A stretch of DNA of 64,000 bases from the NCBI GenBank assembly GCA_903926855.1, contig CAIYKV010000044.1:8567-72566 (forward strand), read 5' to 3'. Below are positions 9,984 through 21,055 of this stretch, piece after piece (positions within the stretch are counted from its first letter, which is position 1; every line of letters begins with the position of its first letter). Position numbers and translations under genes: made by a program. This DNA comes from an uncultured Bacteroidota bacterium (GTDB lineage Bacteria > Bacteroidota > Bacteroidia > Chitinophagales > Chitinophagaceae). The notes under the pieces are model-generated. The model was given only the letters and a program-made list of their open reading frames with translations, was not told where the DNA came from and did no database searches.

Positions 9984-10943
9984 TCAAGGTAATGGGTTGA
10001 TTTCGGTAACAGACTGATTAAATTCCGCAATCATTTCCTTTACGATTTCGGCTGCAGGTATTATTTCATTGATTAGGGCACTTACCTGTCCAATTTCGAG
10101 TTCACCTTCCACCAGGTCACCTTCAAACATCCCTTTTTTAGCTCTTGCCCTGCCTAAAATATTTTTCATTTCTTCCTGATCAGCCCCGCGCAATTCAGCA
10201 GCATGAACTTTCTCAAAAAACTCATTCTTCAATAGTCTTACCGGCATTAATTTTTTCATTGCCAGCAAAGTATCTCCTTCTGCCGATTTGATTACTGCTT
10301 GCTTAAAATTAATATGTGAGGAAGCTTCCGGCGTACATAAAAAACGACTGCCCACCTGAACACCCTCTGCACCCAACACCATCGCGGCCAGCATCTGTCT
10401 GCCGGAACCGATGCCACCCGCAGCAATTACAGGAATTTGTACACTGCTTTTAACCAAAGGAATTAATACCAAACTGGTTGTTTCTTCACGGCCGTTATGT
10501 CCACCCGCTTCAAACCCTTCCGCAACAACTGCATCACAGCCGGCTTCCTCCGCTTTTTTTGCAAACCGGCTACTGCTTACCACATGCACTACCGTAATCC
10601 CTTTTTCTTTTAAATATCCGGTCCATTGTTTCGGGTTCCCTGCACTGGTAAAAACGATCGAAACCTTTTCTTCAATAATAATTTTGATGAGTGCTTCTGC
10701 ATCTGGATACATGAGAGGGATATTGACACCAAAAGGCTGATCCGTTGCAGCTTTACATTGACGGATATGTTCCAACAAAACATCCGGGTACATACTTCCT
10801 GCACCAATCAATCCCAATCCGCCGGCATTACTTACTGCACTAGCCAGTTTCCAGCCACTGGCCCAAACCATTCCAGCCTGAATAATCGGATATCGAATTT
10901 TAAACAGCTGGGTGATTCTATTTTGGGAAGTTTGTGTATTCAT
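9984..10943 (-). CDS. Nitronate monooxygenase / FabK-family FMN oxidoreductase
   Basis: Family-typical blocks YPIIQAGM, GGLGLIGAG, VVAEGFEAGGH and AAGGIGSGRQ. Confidence 0.85.
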   Translation of the reverse strand: MNTQTSQNRITQLFKIRYPIIQAGMVWASGWKLASAVSNAGGLGLIGAGSMYPDVLLEHIRQCKAATDQPFGVNIPLMYPDAEALIKIIIEEKVSIVFTSAGNPKQWTGYLKEKGITVVHVVSSSRFAKKAEEAGCDAVVAEGFEAGGHNGREETTSLVLIPLVKSSVQIPVIAAGGIGSGRQMLAAMVLGAEGVQVGSRFLCTPEASSHINFKQAVIKSAEGDTLLAMKKLMPVRLLKNEFFEKVHAAELRGADQEEMKNILGRARAKKGMFEGDLVEGELEIGQVSALINEIIPAAEIVKEMIAEFNQSVTEINPLP

Positions 10944-11077
10944 AAATAAAGATTCAATATGAACATAAAGATAAAAGTAAGGTGGGAGGATGGGTTAATT
11001 TTTTCACCGCAGAGAACAGGAGAAAGGGAGGTTTCGCTGAAAAATCAACTAGATAATAAACGAATCAATCAATAATA

Positions 11078-12070
11078 CTAACCGAAGTCGATTTCGGTAT
11101 TGTCGCCAATATTCAGACTGCGGCTCAATCCTTTAACAGATGCATCACTACCAATTAATGAATTATCGAGTACCACTTCAAATAAGGTAGTATAAGAACC
11201 GATGATACTGTCGCGAACGATTGAGTGTTTGATAGAAGTGTTTGCACCTATGGCTACATGCGGACCAATAATCGCATTGGAAATATCGCATCCGGGGGCA
11301 ATACTTACAGGAGGAATAATAATTGTATCCTTAAAATCATGCTCCCCGATAATATTACCACCAAATTTTTTCAAAAGGGTAGCATTACTTTCGAGCAGGG
11401 TTTCTTTTTTACCGCAATCAAACCAGTTCTTTACTTTAAATGCCTGAAACCTGGCGCCTCGCTTGATCATACAATCCAATGCATCGGTTAAATTATACTC
11501 GCCAAAAGTTTTGATATCCTGTGCAAATAAATGATGCAAACACTCGAAAAGAAAATGAGTTTCTTTGATCTTATATAAGCCAACCAAAGCCATATTGCTT
11601 TTGGGAATTGAGGGTTTCTCTACCACCTGGTCGATAAATCCATCATCCCCTACCGAAGCCACCCCGAAATTTCTGGGGTCATCTACTTTTTTAATACCCA
11701 GCATACTATAGGGACTATTCACCACTTCTTTTACATCATATTCGCAAATGGTATCTCCCAAAACAACAAACACTTCATCATCTCCAACAATATTCCGGGT
11801 CAATTCAATAGCATGTCCCGTACCCTGCCGCTCGTTCTGGAAAACAAAATGGGTGGTCAGATCCGGGTAAGATTGTTTTACATATTCCTGTATTTTTTCT
11901 CCCAGGTACCCTACAATAAAAACAAACTCATTGATACCGGCCTCATGTAACTGATCTACAATAAAACTAAGAATCGTTTTACCTGCAATAGGGATTAATG
12001 CTTTAGGTTGGGTATAGGTATGGGGCCTTAATTTTGCTCCGGCGCCGGCAACTGGGATAATCGCTTTCAT
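11078..12070 (-). CDS. Sugar-phosphate nucleotidyltransferase with C-terminal left-handed beta-helix
   Basis: MKAIIPVAGAGAKLRP..PKALIP (GxGxR nucleotide loop) plus C-terminal hexapeptide repeats. The 38-aa N-terminal extension in the track ORF is judged spurious. Confidence 0.75.
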   Translation of the reverse strand: MKAIIPVAGAGAKLRPHTYTQPKALIPIAGKTILSFIVDQLHEAGINEFVFIVGYLGEKIQEYVKQSYPDLTTHFVFQNERQGTGHAIELTRNIVGDDEVFVVLGDTICEYDVKEVVNSPYSMLGIKKVDDPRNFGVASVGDDGFIDQVVEKPSIPKSNMALVGLYKIKETHFLFECLHHLFAQDIKTFGEYNLTDALDCMIKRGARFQAFKVKNWFDCGKKETLLESNATLLKKFGGNIIGEHDFKDTIIIPPVSIAPGCDISNAIIGPHVAIGANTSIKHSIVRDSIIGSYTTLFEVVLDNSLIGSDASVKGLSRSLNIGDNTEIDFG

Positions 12071-12281
12071 GGGGGTCTTTTGCTTTTGAAAATATCGTTG
12101 TTTTCCGCCAAATCCATCTATCTTCCTTTCAAAACGTATTCTCAATAGGTCGAAAATAGGAAAAACTGCCAACATACCCCCCAACCTTCCGTTTTAGTTT
12201 AGAAATTCTCTTTTTATTTACCTCTTATCCCCGATTCCGGTAAAAAAACCAACAGGTAGCTCAATACCATAGCCCACAGCT

Positions 12282-12289
12282 TATCTTTG
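12282..12289 (+). promoter_or_regulatory. Bacteroidota-type -7 box (TATCTTTG) for glyA
   Basis: Matches the TAnnTTTG consensus 17 nt upstream of the glyA ATG. No clear -33 TTTG was seen. Confidence 0.4.
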
Positions 12290-12305
12290 CCGGAAATAAA
12301 CGCTG

Positions 12306-13586
12306 ATGCAAAGAGATACATTGGTTTTTGACCTCATTAAACAGGAGCTGGAAAGACAACGTCATGGTATTGAACTGATCGCTTCTGAGAATTTTACCAG
12401 CCTTCAGGTAATGCAGGCTATGGGGAATGTAATGACGAATAAATATGCCGAAGGCTACCCGGGTCGCCGTTATTATGCAGGTTGCGAAATTGTTGATCAG
12501 ACAGAACAACTGGCCATAGATCGTTTAAAACAGATATTCGACTTAGAATACGCCAATGTACAGCCCCATAGTGGTGCCCAGGCAAATGCAGCAGTTGCAC
12601 TGGCAGTATTACAGCCCGGCGATGCCATTTTGGGTCTTGATCTTAGTATGGGTGGACATTTAACCCATGGATCGGCGGTAAACTATAGTGGTAAATTATA
12701 CAACCCCCATTTCTATGGAGTTACCCGGGAAGCCGGTTTGGTTGATTATGAAATGCTGGAAGCAAAAGCCAGAGAAGTAAAACCCAAAATGATTATATGT
12801 GGTGCCAGTGCTTATAGCCGGGATTGGGATTATGCCAGAATACGGAAAGTAGCCGATGAAGTGGGGGCACTGGTTATGGCAGATATTGCCCATCCTGCAG
12901 GCTTAATCGCTAAAAAATTGTTGAACGACCCATTTGATCATTGCCATTTTGTAACCTCAACCACGCATAAAACATTGAGAGGGCCACGAGGGGGAATTAT
13001 CATGATGCGGAAAGATTTTGAAAACCCCTTTGGCTTAAAAGATGTAAAAGGCAATATCCGTATGATGAGCAACCTGATGGATATGGCTGTTTTCCCGGGT
13101 ATACAAGGAGGCCCGCTGGAACATGTAATTGCTGCAAAAGCGATTGCTTTCGGAGAAATTCTAAGTGATGAATTTACAGGGTATGCACACCAGATAATCA
13201 AAAATGCACAGGCATTGGCAAAAGCATTGGTTGAAAAAGACTATCGGATTATTAGTGGAGGAACTGATAATCACCTTGTATTAATAGACCTGCGTAATAA
13301 AAATATCAGTGGTAAAAAAGCAGAACAGGCATTGGTATTGGCAGATATTACTGCCAATAAAAATATGGTGCCTTATGATGACAAGAGTGCTTTTGTTACT
13401 TCGGGTATCCGTTTAGGTGTTCCAGCCATTACTACAAGAGGTATGAAAGAAGAACATATGCAATTTGTAGTAGATTCTATTGATACCGTTTTGATGAATG
13501 CAGAGGATACTTATATAATAACCAAAGTAAAGAACCAGGTAAACGAGTTCATGACTCAGTTTACACTTTATCCGGAACTGGGTTAA
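12306..13586 (+). CDS. glyA: Serine hydroxymethyltransferase
   Basis: LIASENF, the [15 protein letters not shown]-lysine block, and full-length colinearity. Confidence 0.97.
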   Translation: MQRDTLVFDLIKQELERQRHGIELIASENFTSLQVMQAMGNVMTNKYAEGYPGRRYYAGCEIVDQTEQLAIDRLKQIFDLEYANVQPHSGAQANAAVALAVLQPGDAILGLDLSMGGHLTHGSAVNYSGKLYNPHFYGVTREAGLVDYEMLEAKAREVKPKMIICGASAYSRDWDYARIRKVADEVGALVMADIAHPAGLIAKKLLNDPFDHCHFVTSTTHKTLRGPRGGIIMMRKDFENPFGLKDVKGNIRMMSNLMDMAVFPGIQGGPLEHVIAAKAIAFGEILSDEFTGYAHQIIKNAQALAKALVEKDYRIISGGTDNHLVLIDLRNKNISGKKAEQALVLADITANKNMVPYDDKSAFVTSGIRLGVPAITTRGMKEEHMQFVVDSIDTVLMNAEDTYIITKVKNQVNEFMTQFTLYPELG

Positions 13587-13621
13587 TCACCAATTTGGAA
13601 ATACAGATTATACGATTCTAT

Positions 13622-14029
13622 ATGATACAAAGAATACAAACCATTTGGTTACTGATAGCTTCCACATTGGGATTTAGCAGCCTGAAACTTCCTTTTTATA
13701 TTGGCAGTACCGGCAATACTCCGGCAGAGAATTTTACCTCAATGAGCAATACTTTTTTGATGATACTTACGGTTGCAGCAAGTATACTCGCCCTTGTTTC
13801 TGTTTTTTTATACAACAATCGTAAGCTACAGTTAAAAATGGGGTTGGCAGGATGTGTCATCAGTATACTCAATATCATCCTGTATTTTCTGGCCATCAAA
13901 AAATATGATGCAGGTGGTATCTCACTATTTAGTGTACTCAGCTTCGCAATCCCTGTATTTTATTTATTAGCGATCAGGGGTATTTATCAAGATGAAAAGC
14001 TGGTAAAGAGTATTGATAGATTACGCTAA
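13622..14029 (+). CDS. Small four-TM membrane protein (DUF4293-like)
   Basis: MIQRIQTIWLL.. N-terminus and four hydrophobic spans. The family name is recalled, not searched. Confidence 0.6.
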   Translation: MIQRIQTIWLLIASTLGFSSLKLPFYIGSTGNTPAENFTSMSNTFLMILTVAASILALVSVFLYNNRKLQLKMGLAGCVISILNIILYFLAIKKYDAGGISLFSVLSFAIPVFYLLAIRGIYQDEKLVKSIDRLR

Positions 14030-14035
14030 TGGTAT

Positions 14036-16888
14036 TTATAGATATTTAGCTGTATAACTTTCCTTAATCTTTTTGATACCTGAAGGTACTCCCGCATATA
14101 CGATATTTCCTCCGGCATCACCGGCTTCTGGACCAAGATCAATAATCCAGTCAGCAGATTTGATTACATCCGTATTGTGTTCTATTACAATCAGGGAATG
14201 GCCCTGCTCGATCAAAGCATTAAATGAAGCCAGTAATTTTTTGATATCATGAAAATGCAGCCCGGTTGTGGGTTCATCAAAAATAAACAACACATGCCCA
14301 ATTCCCTTGCCCTTACCTAAAAAGCTGGCCAGCTTTACTCTCTGCGCTTCCCCACCACTCAATGTATCGCTGCTTTGCCCCAGTTTGATATAGCCAAGAC
14401 CCACATCCTGTAAAGGCTGTATTGCATTTTTAATCGCCTTTTCATCCACAAAAAAATCGATTGCCTGGTCAACACTCATTTCCAATACATCAAATACACT
14501 TTTCCCTTTATAATGCACTTCAAGCACTTCTTCTTTAAATCGTTTACCACCACAGGATTCACAGGTAAGATGCACATCTGCCAAAAACTGCATTTCTACT
14601 ACCTGTTCTCCCTCTCCCTTACAGGTATCACATCTTCCCCCATCTACATTAAAAGAAAAGTGCTTGGGCTGAAAGCCCCTGGTTTTGGATAAAGATTGTT
14701 TAGCAAATAGATCCCGGATATGATCATACGCTTTTATATAAGTGATCGGGTTACTGCGGGATGATTTACCGATTGGATTTTGATCGATCATTTCAATTTG
14801 TGAAATATAATCAACATCCCCTGACAGGTTTTTATGCAGCCCAACTTTTTCAGTAAACTCTCCTTTCAATTTTCTTAGTGCAGGAACCAACACCTGTTTT
14901 ACCAATGTGGTCTTACCACTTCCGCTTACCCCGCTTACTACACATAATGTATTGAGCGGGAAACTAACAGTAATATCCTTCAGGTTATTCTGTCTCGCAT
15001 TTTCCACTACAATACTCCGGTTCCATTTCCGAACAGTCTTCGGCGCATCAATACTTAATTTACCGGTAAGGTATTTTCCGGTAAGGCTATCCGGATTAGC
15101 CGTAATCTCCTCATAATTGCCTACAGCCACTACTTCTCCACCCAAATGAGATGCCAATGGGCCCATATCAATAATATAATCCGCTTCGCGCATCATCATT
15201 TCATCATGTTCTACCACCACCACTGTATTACCCAGGTCTCGCAATGATTTCAGAACGCTGATTAATCTTACCGTATCACGGGAATGAAGTCCGATAGAAG
15301 GCTCATCCAGTATATATAAAGAGTTGGTAAGATTACTACCCAGACTTCGGGTAAGTTGTATACGCTGGCTCTCTCCACCACTTAATGAATTGGCCAATCT
15401 GCTTAAAGTAAGATATCCCAACCCAACATCAATCAAGGTTTGCATTCGTTGGTTTACTTCCAATAATATTCTTTTGGCAACCTGTTGATCATGGTCTGAT
15501 AAACGCAATGCATCAAACCATGTTTTCAGGTCCTTAACAGGTAATTCACACAATTCACCAATATGCTTACCGCCAACTTTTACATATAGCGCTTCTTTAC
15601 GTAAACGATATCCTTTACAGTCGGGGCAATTGGTTCTTCCTCTATACCTGCTTAACAACACCCTATACTGAACCTTGTACAGGTTCTGCTCCACTTCTTT
15701 AAAAAAATCATCAATCCCCTGTACACCAGCCGCCCCTTCCCATAATTGTTTGTATTGTTCTTTTGACAGATCAATGATGGCTTTATGAATAGGGAAGCCG
15801 ATTTTACCAGCACCTTTCATAAATTGTTCTTTCCACCAGCCCAATTTCTCTCCTTTCCAGGGCGCAACGGCGCCTTCATATAAACTGAGTCTTTTATCAG
15901 GTATTACCAGATCAGCATCTATGCCTAATACCTGACTAAATCCCTCACAGGTTGGACAAGCACCAAAAGGGTTATTAAATGAAAAAAGATTGGGCACCGG
16001 TTCTTCAAACTGAATACCATCCAACTCAAATTTATTGCTGAAAAAAAGAAGTTTGCTCCCATTCAACTCAAGATACATATCACCTTCGCCTTCATAAAAA
16101 GCAGTTCCGATAGAATCAGATAAGCGATGCAAATCATCTTCATCAAATTTTTTGGTTACAATTCTGTCAATCAGAACAAATGTCTTGTGCTCTGTATTGT
16201 CTGCAGTTAATTTTTTCTTCAGTTCCTTATCAGAAAGTTCCAGTAATTCTTCAATACGGATTATTTCACCTGCGCCTGTTGTTTTGTTTCCTTTTGACTC
16301 ACGATAGTACATTCTTGAAAAGCCTTTCTGCATCAAAATATTCAACTCTTCTCTGGCTTCTCTTCTGGCATGTTGTTTAAAGGGCACTATAATATGCAAC
16401 TTACTCCCATCCGGCATAGCAAGAATTGCATTGACCACATCGGCAACATCATCGCGGGTAACTTCTTTCCCGCTAATCGGCGATAGGGTCTTGCCCGCAC
16501 GTGCATAGAGCAGCCGGAGATAATCATATATCTCAGTCATACTACCCACCGTACTTCTGGGTGTTCTGGTAATTACTTTTTGTTCAATGGCAATTGCGGG
16601 ACATAGGCCTTTTATATAATCCACATCAGGTTTTTCCATCCGAGCCATAAATTGTCTTGCATAGGCACTCAGACTTTCGGCATACCTGCGCTGTCCCTCA
16701 GCAAATAAAGTATCAATTGTAAGAGATGATTTGCCGCTACCCGATACACCAGTTACCACAATTAGTTTATTTCGCGGAAAACTTACTGTAACGTTCTTTA
16801 GGTTATGAACACGTGCTCCTTTTACAAGGATATCCCCTGAATCATCTTTACTATGTTCTAATTGCGGAGCTTTTGTTTTCGTTGCCAT
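14036..16888 (-). CDS. uvrA: Excinuclease ABC subunit A
   Basis: Two Walker A loops (GVSGSGKSS, GVSGSGKTT), two LSGGE signatures and Zn-finger CxxC pairs. Length is 950 aa. Confidence 0.97.
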   Translation of the reverse strand: MATKTKAPQLEHSKDDSGDILVKGARVHNLKNVTVSFPRNKLIVVTGVSGSGKSSLTIDTLFAEGQRRYAESLSAYARQFMARMEKPDVDYIKGLCPAIAIEQKVITRTPRSTVGSMTEIYDYLRLLYARAGKTLSPISGKEVTRDDVADVVNAILAMPDGSKLHIIVPFKQHARREAREELNILMQKGFSRMYYRESKGNKTTGAGEIIRIEELLELSDKELKKKLTADNTEHKTFVLIDRIVTKKFDEDDLHRLSDSIGTAFYEGEGDMYLELNGSKLLFFSNKFELDGIQFEEPVPNLFSFNNPFGACPTCEGFSQVLGIDADLVIPDKRLSLYEGAVAPWKGEKLGWWKEQFMKGAGKIGFPIHKAIIDLSKEQYKQLWEGAAGVQGIDDFFKEVEQNLYKVQYRVLLSRYRGRTNCPDCKGYRLRKEALYVKVGGKHIGELCELPVKDLKTWFDALRLSDHDQQVAKRILLEVNQRMQTLIDVGLGYLTLSRLANSLSGGESQRIQLTRSLGSNLTNSLYILDEPSIGLHSRDTVRLISVLKSLRDLGNTVVVVEHDEMMMREADYIIDMGPLASHLGGEVVAVGNYEEITANPDSLTGKYLTGKLSIDAPKTVRKWNRSIVVENARQNNLKDITVSFPLNTLCVVSGVSGSGKTTLVKQVLVPALRKLKGEFTEKVGLHKNLSGDVDYISQIEMIDQNPIGKSSRSNPITYIKAYDHIRDLFAKQSLSKTRGFQPKHFSFNVDGGRCDTCKGEGEQVVEMQFLADVHLTCESCGGKRFKEEVLEVHYKGKSVFDVLEMSVDQAIDFFVDEKAIKNAIQPLQDVGLGYIKLGQSSDTLSGGEAQRVKLASFLGKGKGIGHVLFIFDEPTTGLHFHDIKKLLASFNALIEQGHSLIVIEHNTDVIKSADWIIDLGPEAGDAGGNIVYAGVPSGIKKIKESYTAKYL

Positions 16889-17167
16889 AAAGTCTACAAA
16901 TTAAACACATTATTCGCCTTTAAGTTTAGAAACCATCCAATTTATCAAATCTGAAGGCCATCTTTCCAGAAAGAATTCGGATTTGTGCATAATTGAGATA
17001 TGTGCATAACCCAGACCCCTAAAAACCTTCTTTTCCACAAAAGTCCGGAGATATGAAAAGATGTATAATTTGTCGCTGAAATATAATGAGTTAGTATAAA
17101 AAAATTGAAGTAAAACTTGCACCAATATCCTGAAGCGAGAACCCAAACTGACTCAAAACCCAATGTT

Positions 17168-17749
17168 ATGAGAGCATTAGATCAGGCATCTGATAATGAA
17201 TTAATACGCTCGTTCCAGGATGGCGACACCGGGGCTTTTGAAGCCTTAACCCTTCGCTATAAGGATAAGGTGTTTTCTTCTATTCTATTTTTTGTAAAGG
17301 ACAGCTACCTCGCGGAAGACCTGTTTCAGGATGTTTTCATTAAGATTATTGATACCCTTCAAAACAAGCGGTATACTGAAGAAGGCAAATTTCTGCCATG
17401 GGCACTGCGGATTGCACATAATTTATGCGTGGACTATTTCAGAAAAGTAAAGCGTACCCCTGCCATCAAAACCAGTGATAACAAAGATATTTTTGAGATC
17501 ATTCAATTAACAGAAGAAGGTCCTGATGCCCGTATTATGCAGGGTGAGAGCCATGAAAGGGTTCGATTAATGCTTGACCTGCTTCCGGAAGAACAAAGAG
17601 AGATCATTGTATTAAGGCATTATGCTAATTTAAGTTTCAAGGAAATAGCCCAGATCACGAATTGCAGTATCAATACAGCACTGGGGCGTATGCGTTATGG
17701 ACTAATCAACCTCCGCAAAATGATGGTTGAGAAGCAGATTGCATTATAA
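17168..17749 (+). CDS. RNA polymerase sigma-70 factor, ECF-type
   Basis: Region 2 (DLFQDVFIKI...WALRIAHNLCVDYFRK) and region 4 HTH (LSFKEIAQITNCSINTALGRMRYGL). No adjacent anti-sigma gene. Confidence 0.85.
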   Translation: MRALDQASDNELIRSFQDGDTGAFEALTLRYKDKVFSSILFFVKDSYLAEDLFQDVFIKIIDTLQNKRYTEEGKFLPWALRIAHNLCVDYFRKVKRTPAIKTSDNKDIFEIIQLTEEGPDARIMQGESHERVRLMLDLLPEEQREIIVLRHYANLSFKEIAQITNCSINTALGRMRYGLINLRKMMVEKQIAL

Positions 17750-17813
17750 ACTTCGATTTGCCTGCTATATAAGAAATGACTGCTATTTAGCCTTAAGTTG
17801 GCTATTAGATTAG

Positions 17814-19805
17814 CTATTTTTTTCGCTTCTCAAACGCGGCTTTTACCGTATCCAGGTGATCAATAAATTTCTGCACATCCGGATCATAGCTATATTTTAC
17901 ATCACTGAGGGGGTTCCCGTCGAGGTCAATAAATTTATATAGCGGTTGGGCATTAAACCCGAATTTGGAAACTTCGTATTCCAGGTTTTTTTCGCCAAGG
18001 GTTGTTATTTTATCTCCATTGGGGCTGGTAACCTGTTCGGCAGGGGGCAATTCTGTTGATTCATCTACGTACAAACTAATCAACACAAAATTCTCTTTGA
18101 TTCGTTTCAATACTTCCGGGTTTTTCCAAACCTGTTCTTCCATCTTGCGGCAATTGGCACAGCTATGTCCGGTGAAATCCAGCATTACCGGCTTGTTTAA
18201 CGCTTTAGCTGCAGCCATTCCTTCAGATAAATCAAAATAGGCAACCAAACCAAAAGGCACATGTAGTTTATCAGTATACCTAGCCGGGGGTAATGCGATA
18301 GCATGAAGGGATGAAGTATTTCCCTGCTGAGAAACACCACTACTTAATCCGTCAATTTTATATTTGAGGTCTTCCAGGTTAAATTCCTGCGTAGTAGCGG
18401 GGGGTATAAATCCACTCAATAATTTCAATGGAGCACCCCATAAACCCGGAACCATATATAAAGTAAAGCAGAAAGAGAAAATTGCAAAGAATAAACGGGG
18501 TACACTCACAAATTTCAATTCGCTGTCATGAGAAAAAGTCAATTTCCCAATCAGGTATAAACCTAATAAACCGAAGATCACGATCCAGAAAACCAGGAAA
18601 ACATCTCTGTCAAGTAAATGCCAGTGATAGGCAAGGTCAACATTGGATAGAAATTTCATAGCCAATGCTAGTTCAATAAAACCAAAAGTAACTTTTACCG
18701 AATTCAGCCATCCGCCACTTTTGGGTAAGGATTGAAGCATAGAAGGGAAAAAGGCAAATAAAGAAAAAGGTAATGCCAATCCTGTTCCAAAACCCAACAT
18801 ACCCAGAACGGGTGCAATAGAAACCCCTTTCGTACTTGTTTGACCCAATAAAGTACCTACTAAGGGTCCGGTGCAGGAAAAGGAAACAATCACCAGGGTA
18901 AGTGCCATGAAAAAAATACCTAAGATGCCACCTTTCCCGGCCTGCTGATCTGCTTTATTCGCCCAACTATTAGGAAGCTCCAATTCAAATGCACCAAAAA
19001 AGGAAATGGCAAATACAATGAAAATGATAAAGAACAAAATATTAGAGATGGCACTGGTAGAGATATTATATAAAATTTTATCTCCGAAAATCAGTGTCAA
19101 TAAAAGTGTAGGAATGGTATAGATCAGTATGATAGACAGAGAGTACCAAATAGCATTTTGTAATCCTTCTGCCCTGGATTTACTTCTCTTTAAAAAGAAA
19201 CTCACAGTAACAGGAATCAACGGGAATACACAGGGTGTGATAATCGCGATTAGTCCGGTAAGAAAGCAAACAAGGAATACTTTCCATAATGACTGGCCTT
19301 TAGATGTGATGTCGGTGGCTGTAGTATCATTCGTAATGACTGCTGCAGGACGAACCTTTACCAAAAAGGGTTCCGACCCGCTAGGGAATTCCTCCCCATT
19401 TTTTGCCAACCAATTGAATGATCCGGCTAAAACAGTACTGTCTTTTGCTGCAATATGAAATGGAAAGCGAAAAATCACATCATTGGAAAAAAGGCGATTT
19501 ACTGAATTGCCATTACTCTGTTTTACCAATTCTGCATTTCCTAGTTCCGTTAGGGTATCAGCCTGTCTTTGATAAGATGCTCCGCTATCTATTACCAATT
19601 GGCTTATAAATGGATCTTCCGGATTAGCTTTTTTAACAGAGAAAACAGAAACCCCTTTACTAATAGTGGCTTTTACCTCCAAGTAAATAATACTATCATT
19701 TACTCGAATGGTATTAAAAACAACCTGCACTGGCTTTGTTTCCTGAGCGGTTAAACGGGTTAGGCCAATAATGCCTACTAAAAAGAAAAGGGCGATATTC
19801 CTCAT
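17814..19805 (-). CDS. dsbD: Thiol:disulfide interchange protein DsbD-like (TM core plus C-terminal thioredoxin)
   Basis: TM-domain cysteines (ITPCVFPLIP, SFSCTGPL) and a C-terminal thioredoxin fold with HSCANC. The N-terminal ~150 aa periplasmic domain has no Cys. Confidence 0.85.
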   Translation of the reverse strand: MRNIALFFLVGIIGLTRLTAQETKPVQVVFNTIRVNDSIIYLEVKATISKGVSVFSVKKANPEDPFISQLVIDSGASYQRQADTLTELGNAELVKQSNGNSVNRLFSNDVIFRFPFHIAAKDSTVLAGSFNWLAKNGEEFPSGSEPFLVKVRPAAVITNDTTATDITSKGQSLWKVFLVCFLTGLIAIITPCVFPLIPVTVSFFLKRSKSRAEGLQNAIWYSLSIILIYTIPTLLLTLIFGDKILYNISTSAISNILFFIIFIVFAISFFGAFELELPNSWANKADQQAGKGGILGIFFMALTLVIVSFSCTGPLVGTLLGQTSTKGVSIAPVLGMLGFGTGLALPFSLFAFFPSMLQSLPKSGGWLNSVKVTFGFIELALAMKFLSNVDLAYHWHLLDRDVFLVFWIVIFGLLGLYLIGKLTFSHDSELKFVSVPRLFFAIFSFCFTLYMVPGLWGAPLKLLSGFIPPATTQEFNLEDLKYKIDGLSSGVSQQGNTSSLHAIALPPARYTDKLHVPFGLVAYFDLSEGMAAAKALNKPVMLDFTGHSCANCRKMEEQVWKNPEVLKRIKENFVLISLYVDESTELPPAEQVTSPNGDKITTLGEKNLEYEVSKFGFNAQPLYKFIDLDGNPLSDVKYSYDPDVQKFIDHLDTVKAAFEKRKK

Positions 19806-20269
19806 TATTGCAGTTTAAGGTCAAACGACTTTTTAGTAGGAGGTAAACATTTACTGTCGTTACAAACCATATATTCAACGGTGCCGGCGATATTGGTTTT
19901 TACATTTCCTTTTACCGTTACCGTTTGTACAAACTGTACTTTATCACTAAAAAAAGATACCTGAATGGGCTTGTCGCCGAAATTTTTATCCAATAACGTT
20001 TCTATCTTTCCCAACTCTTTAGGTTTACCGGCTTTCACCTGTAGCAGCGGATTGGGTTTGAATTTGATTTCTGTAGCAATTGGTCCTCCCTTAGCCGTAT
20101 TCTGAGAATAGATATGCCAGGGATTATCTATCAATGCCGTAATCACAATCTCATATGTATCTGCCGCTTTTTTCTTTGCTTCATACGACCAGGTAACCGG
20201 GTTTTCTACCTGACCAAAGGCAAAAGCTGTTAGGAATGTAAAAACAAATGCTGTAGTTATTTTTTTCAT
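19805..20269 (-). CDS. DsbD N-terminal (alpha) domain-like exported protein
   Basis: Signal peptide, an Ig-like beta-rich sequence and a C-terminal Cys pair (YMVCNDSKCLPP). Its stop overlaps the dsbD start (TAATG). Confidence 0.6.
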   Translation of the reverse strand: MKKITTAFVFTFLTAFAFGQVENPVTWSYEAKKKAADTYEIVITALIDNPWHIYSQNTAKGGPIATEIKFKPNPLLQVKAGKPKELGKIETLLDKNFGDKPIQVSFFSDKVQFVQTVTVKGNVKTNIAGTVEYMVCNDSKCLPPTKKSFDLKLQ

Positions 20270-20329
20270 AGTATTGATATCAATAGGTACTCAAATGACG
20301 TTACAAAATGCGTTTACTTACAAAATTTC

Positions 20330-20989
20330 CTAATTAAGGCCAAGTATTTCGAATACTTTCCTGCCATCTATATTTGACATCTCAGTAGAAGAAGCTCGCT
20401 CCGGATGGGGCATCATTCCGAAAACATTGTTTTGCTTATTCCGGATACCAGCTATACCACGTATCGCCCCATTGGGATTAGCTGTCGCATTAATATGCCC
20501 CTTTTCATCACAATACCTGAATATTACCTGGTCATTTTTCTCTAGATCATCCAAAGTTGCTTCATCTGCATGATACCGACCTTCTCCATGAGCGATGGGA
20601 ATTTTCAATGCGGGGCCGTCAACATTTTTGATAAATACATTTTTACAAATGAATTGCTGGTTCGCATTTTGTAATAAAACACCGGGTAATAATCCGCTTT
20701 CACATAATATCTGAAATCCATTACATACCCCTAGTACTTTACCACCTTTATTCGCAAATTCAATGACACTTTGCATCATAGGACTAAATCTTGCTATTGC
20801 CCCGCAACGGAGGTAATCTCCATAAGAAAACCCGCCAGGTAAAATGATACAGTCCTCAGTAGTAAACATGCTCAGGTCTTTGTCTTTATGCCATAACATA
20901 ATCACTTCTTTTCCAAGATCATTTTGCAGTGCATCCTGCATATCTCTGTCACAGTTAGACCCGGGGAAAACAACTACTCCAAATTTCAT
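20330..20989 (-). CDS. purQ: Phosphoribosylformylglycinamidine synthase, glutaminase subunit
   Basis: [14 protein letters not shown], the GVCNGFQ nucleophile Cys, and MPHPER. Confidence 0.92.
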   Translation of the reverse strand: MKFGVVVFPGSNCDRDMQDALQNDLGKEVIMLWHKDKDLSMFTTEDCIILPGGFSYGDYLRCGAIARFSPMMQSVIEFANKGGKVLGVCNGFQILCESGLLPGVLLQNANQQFICKNVFIKNVDGPALKIPIAHGEGRYHADEATLDDLEKNDQVIFRYCDEKGHINATANPNGAIRGIAGIRNKQNNVFGMMPHPERASSTEMSNIDGRKVFEILGLN

Positions 20990-21055
20990 AGGTATTCCTT
21001 TATATAACATTTACGATTATAACCAAAGGTAATAAACTCACCCGTTAAGAGAGGG

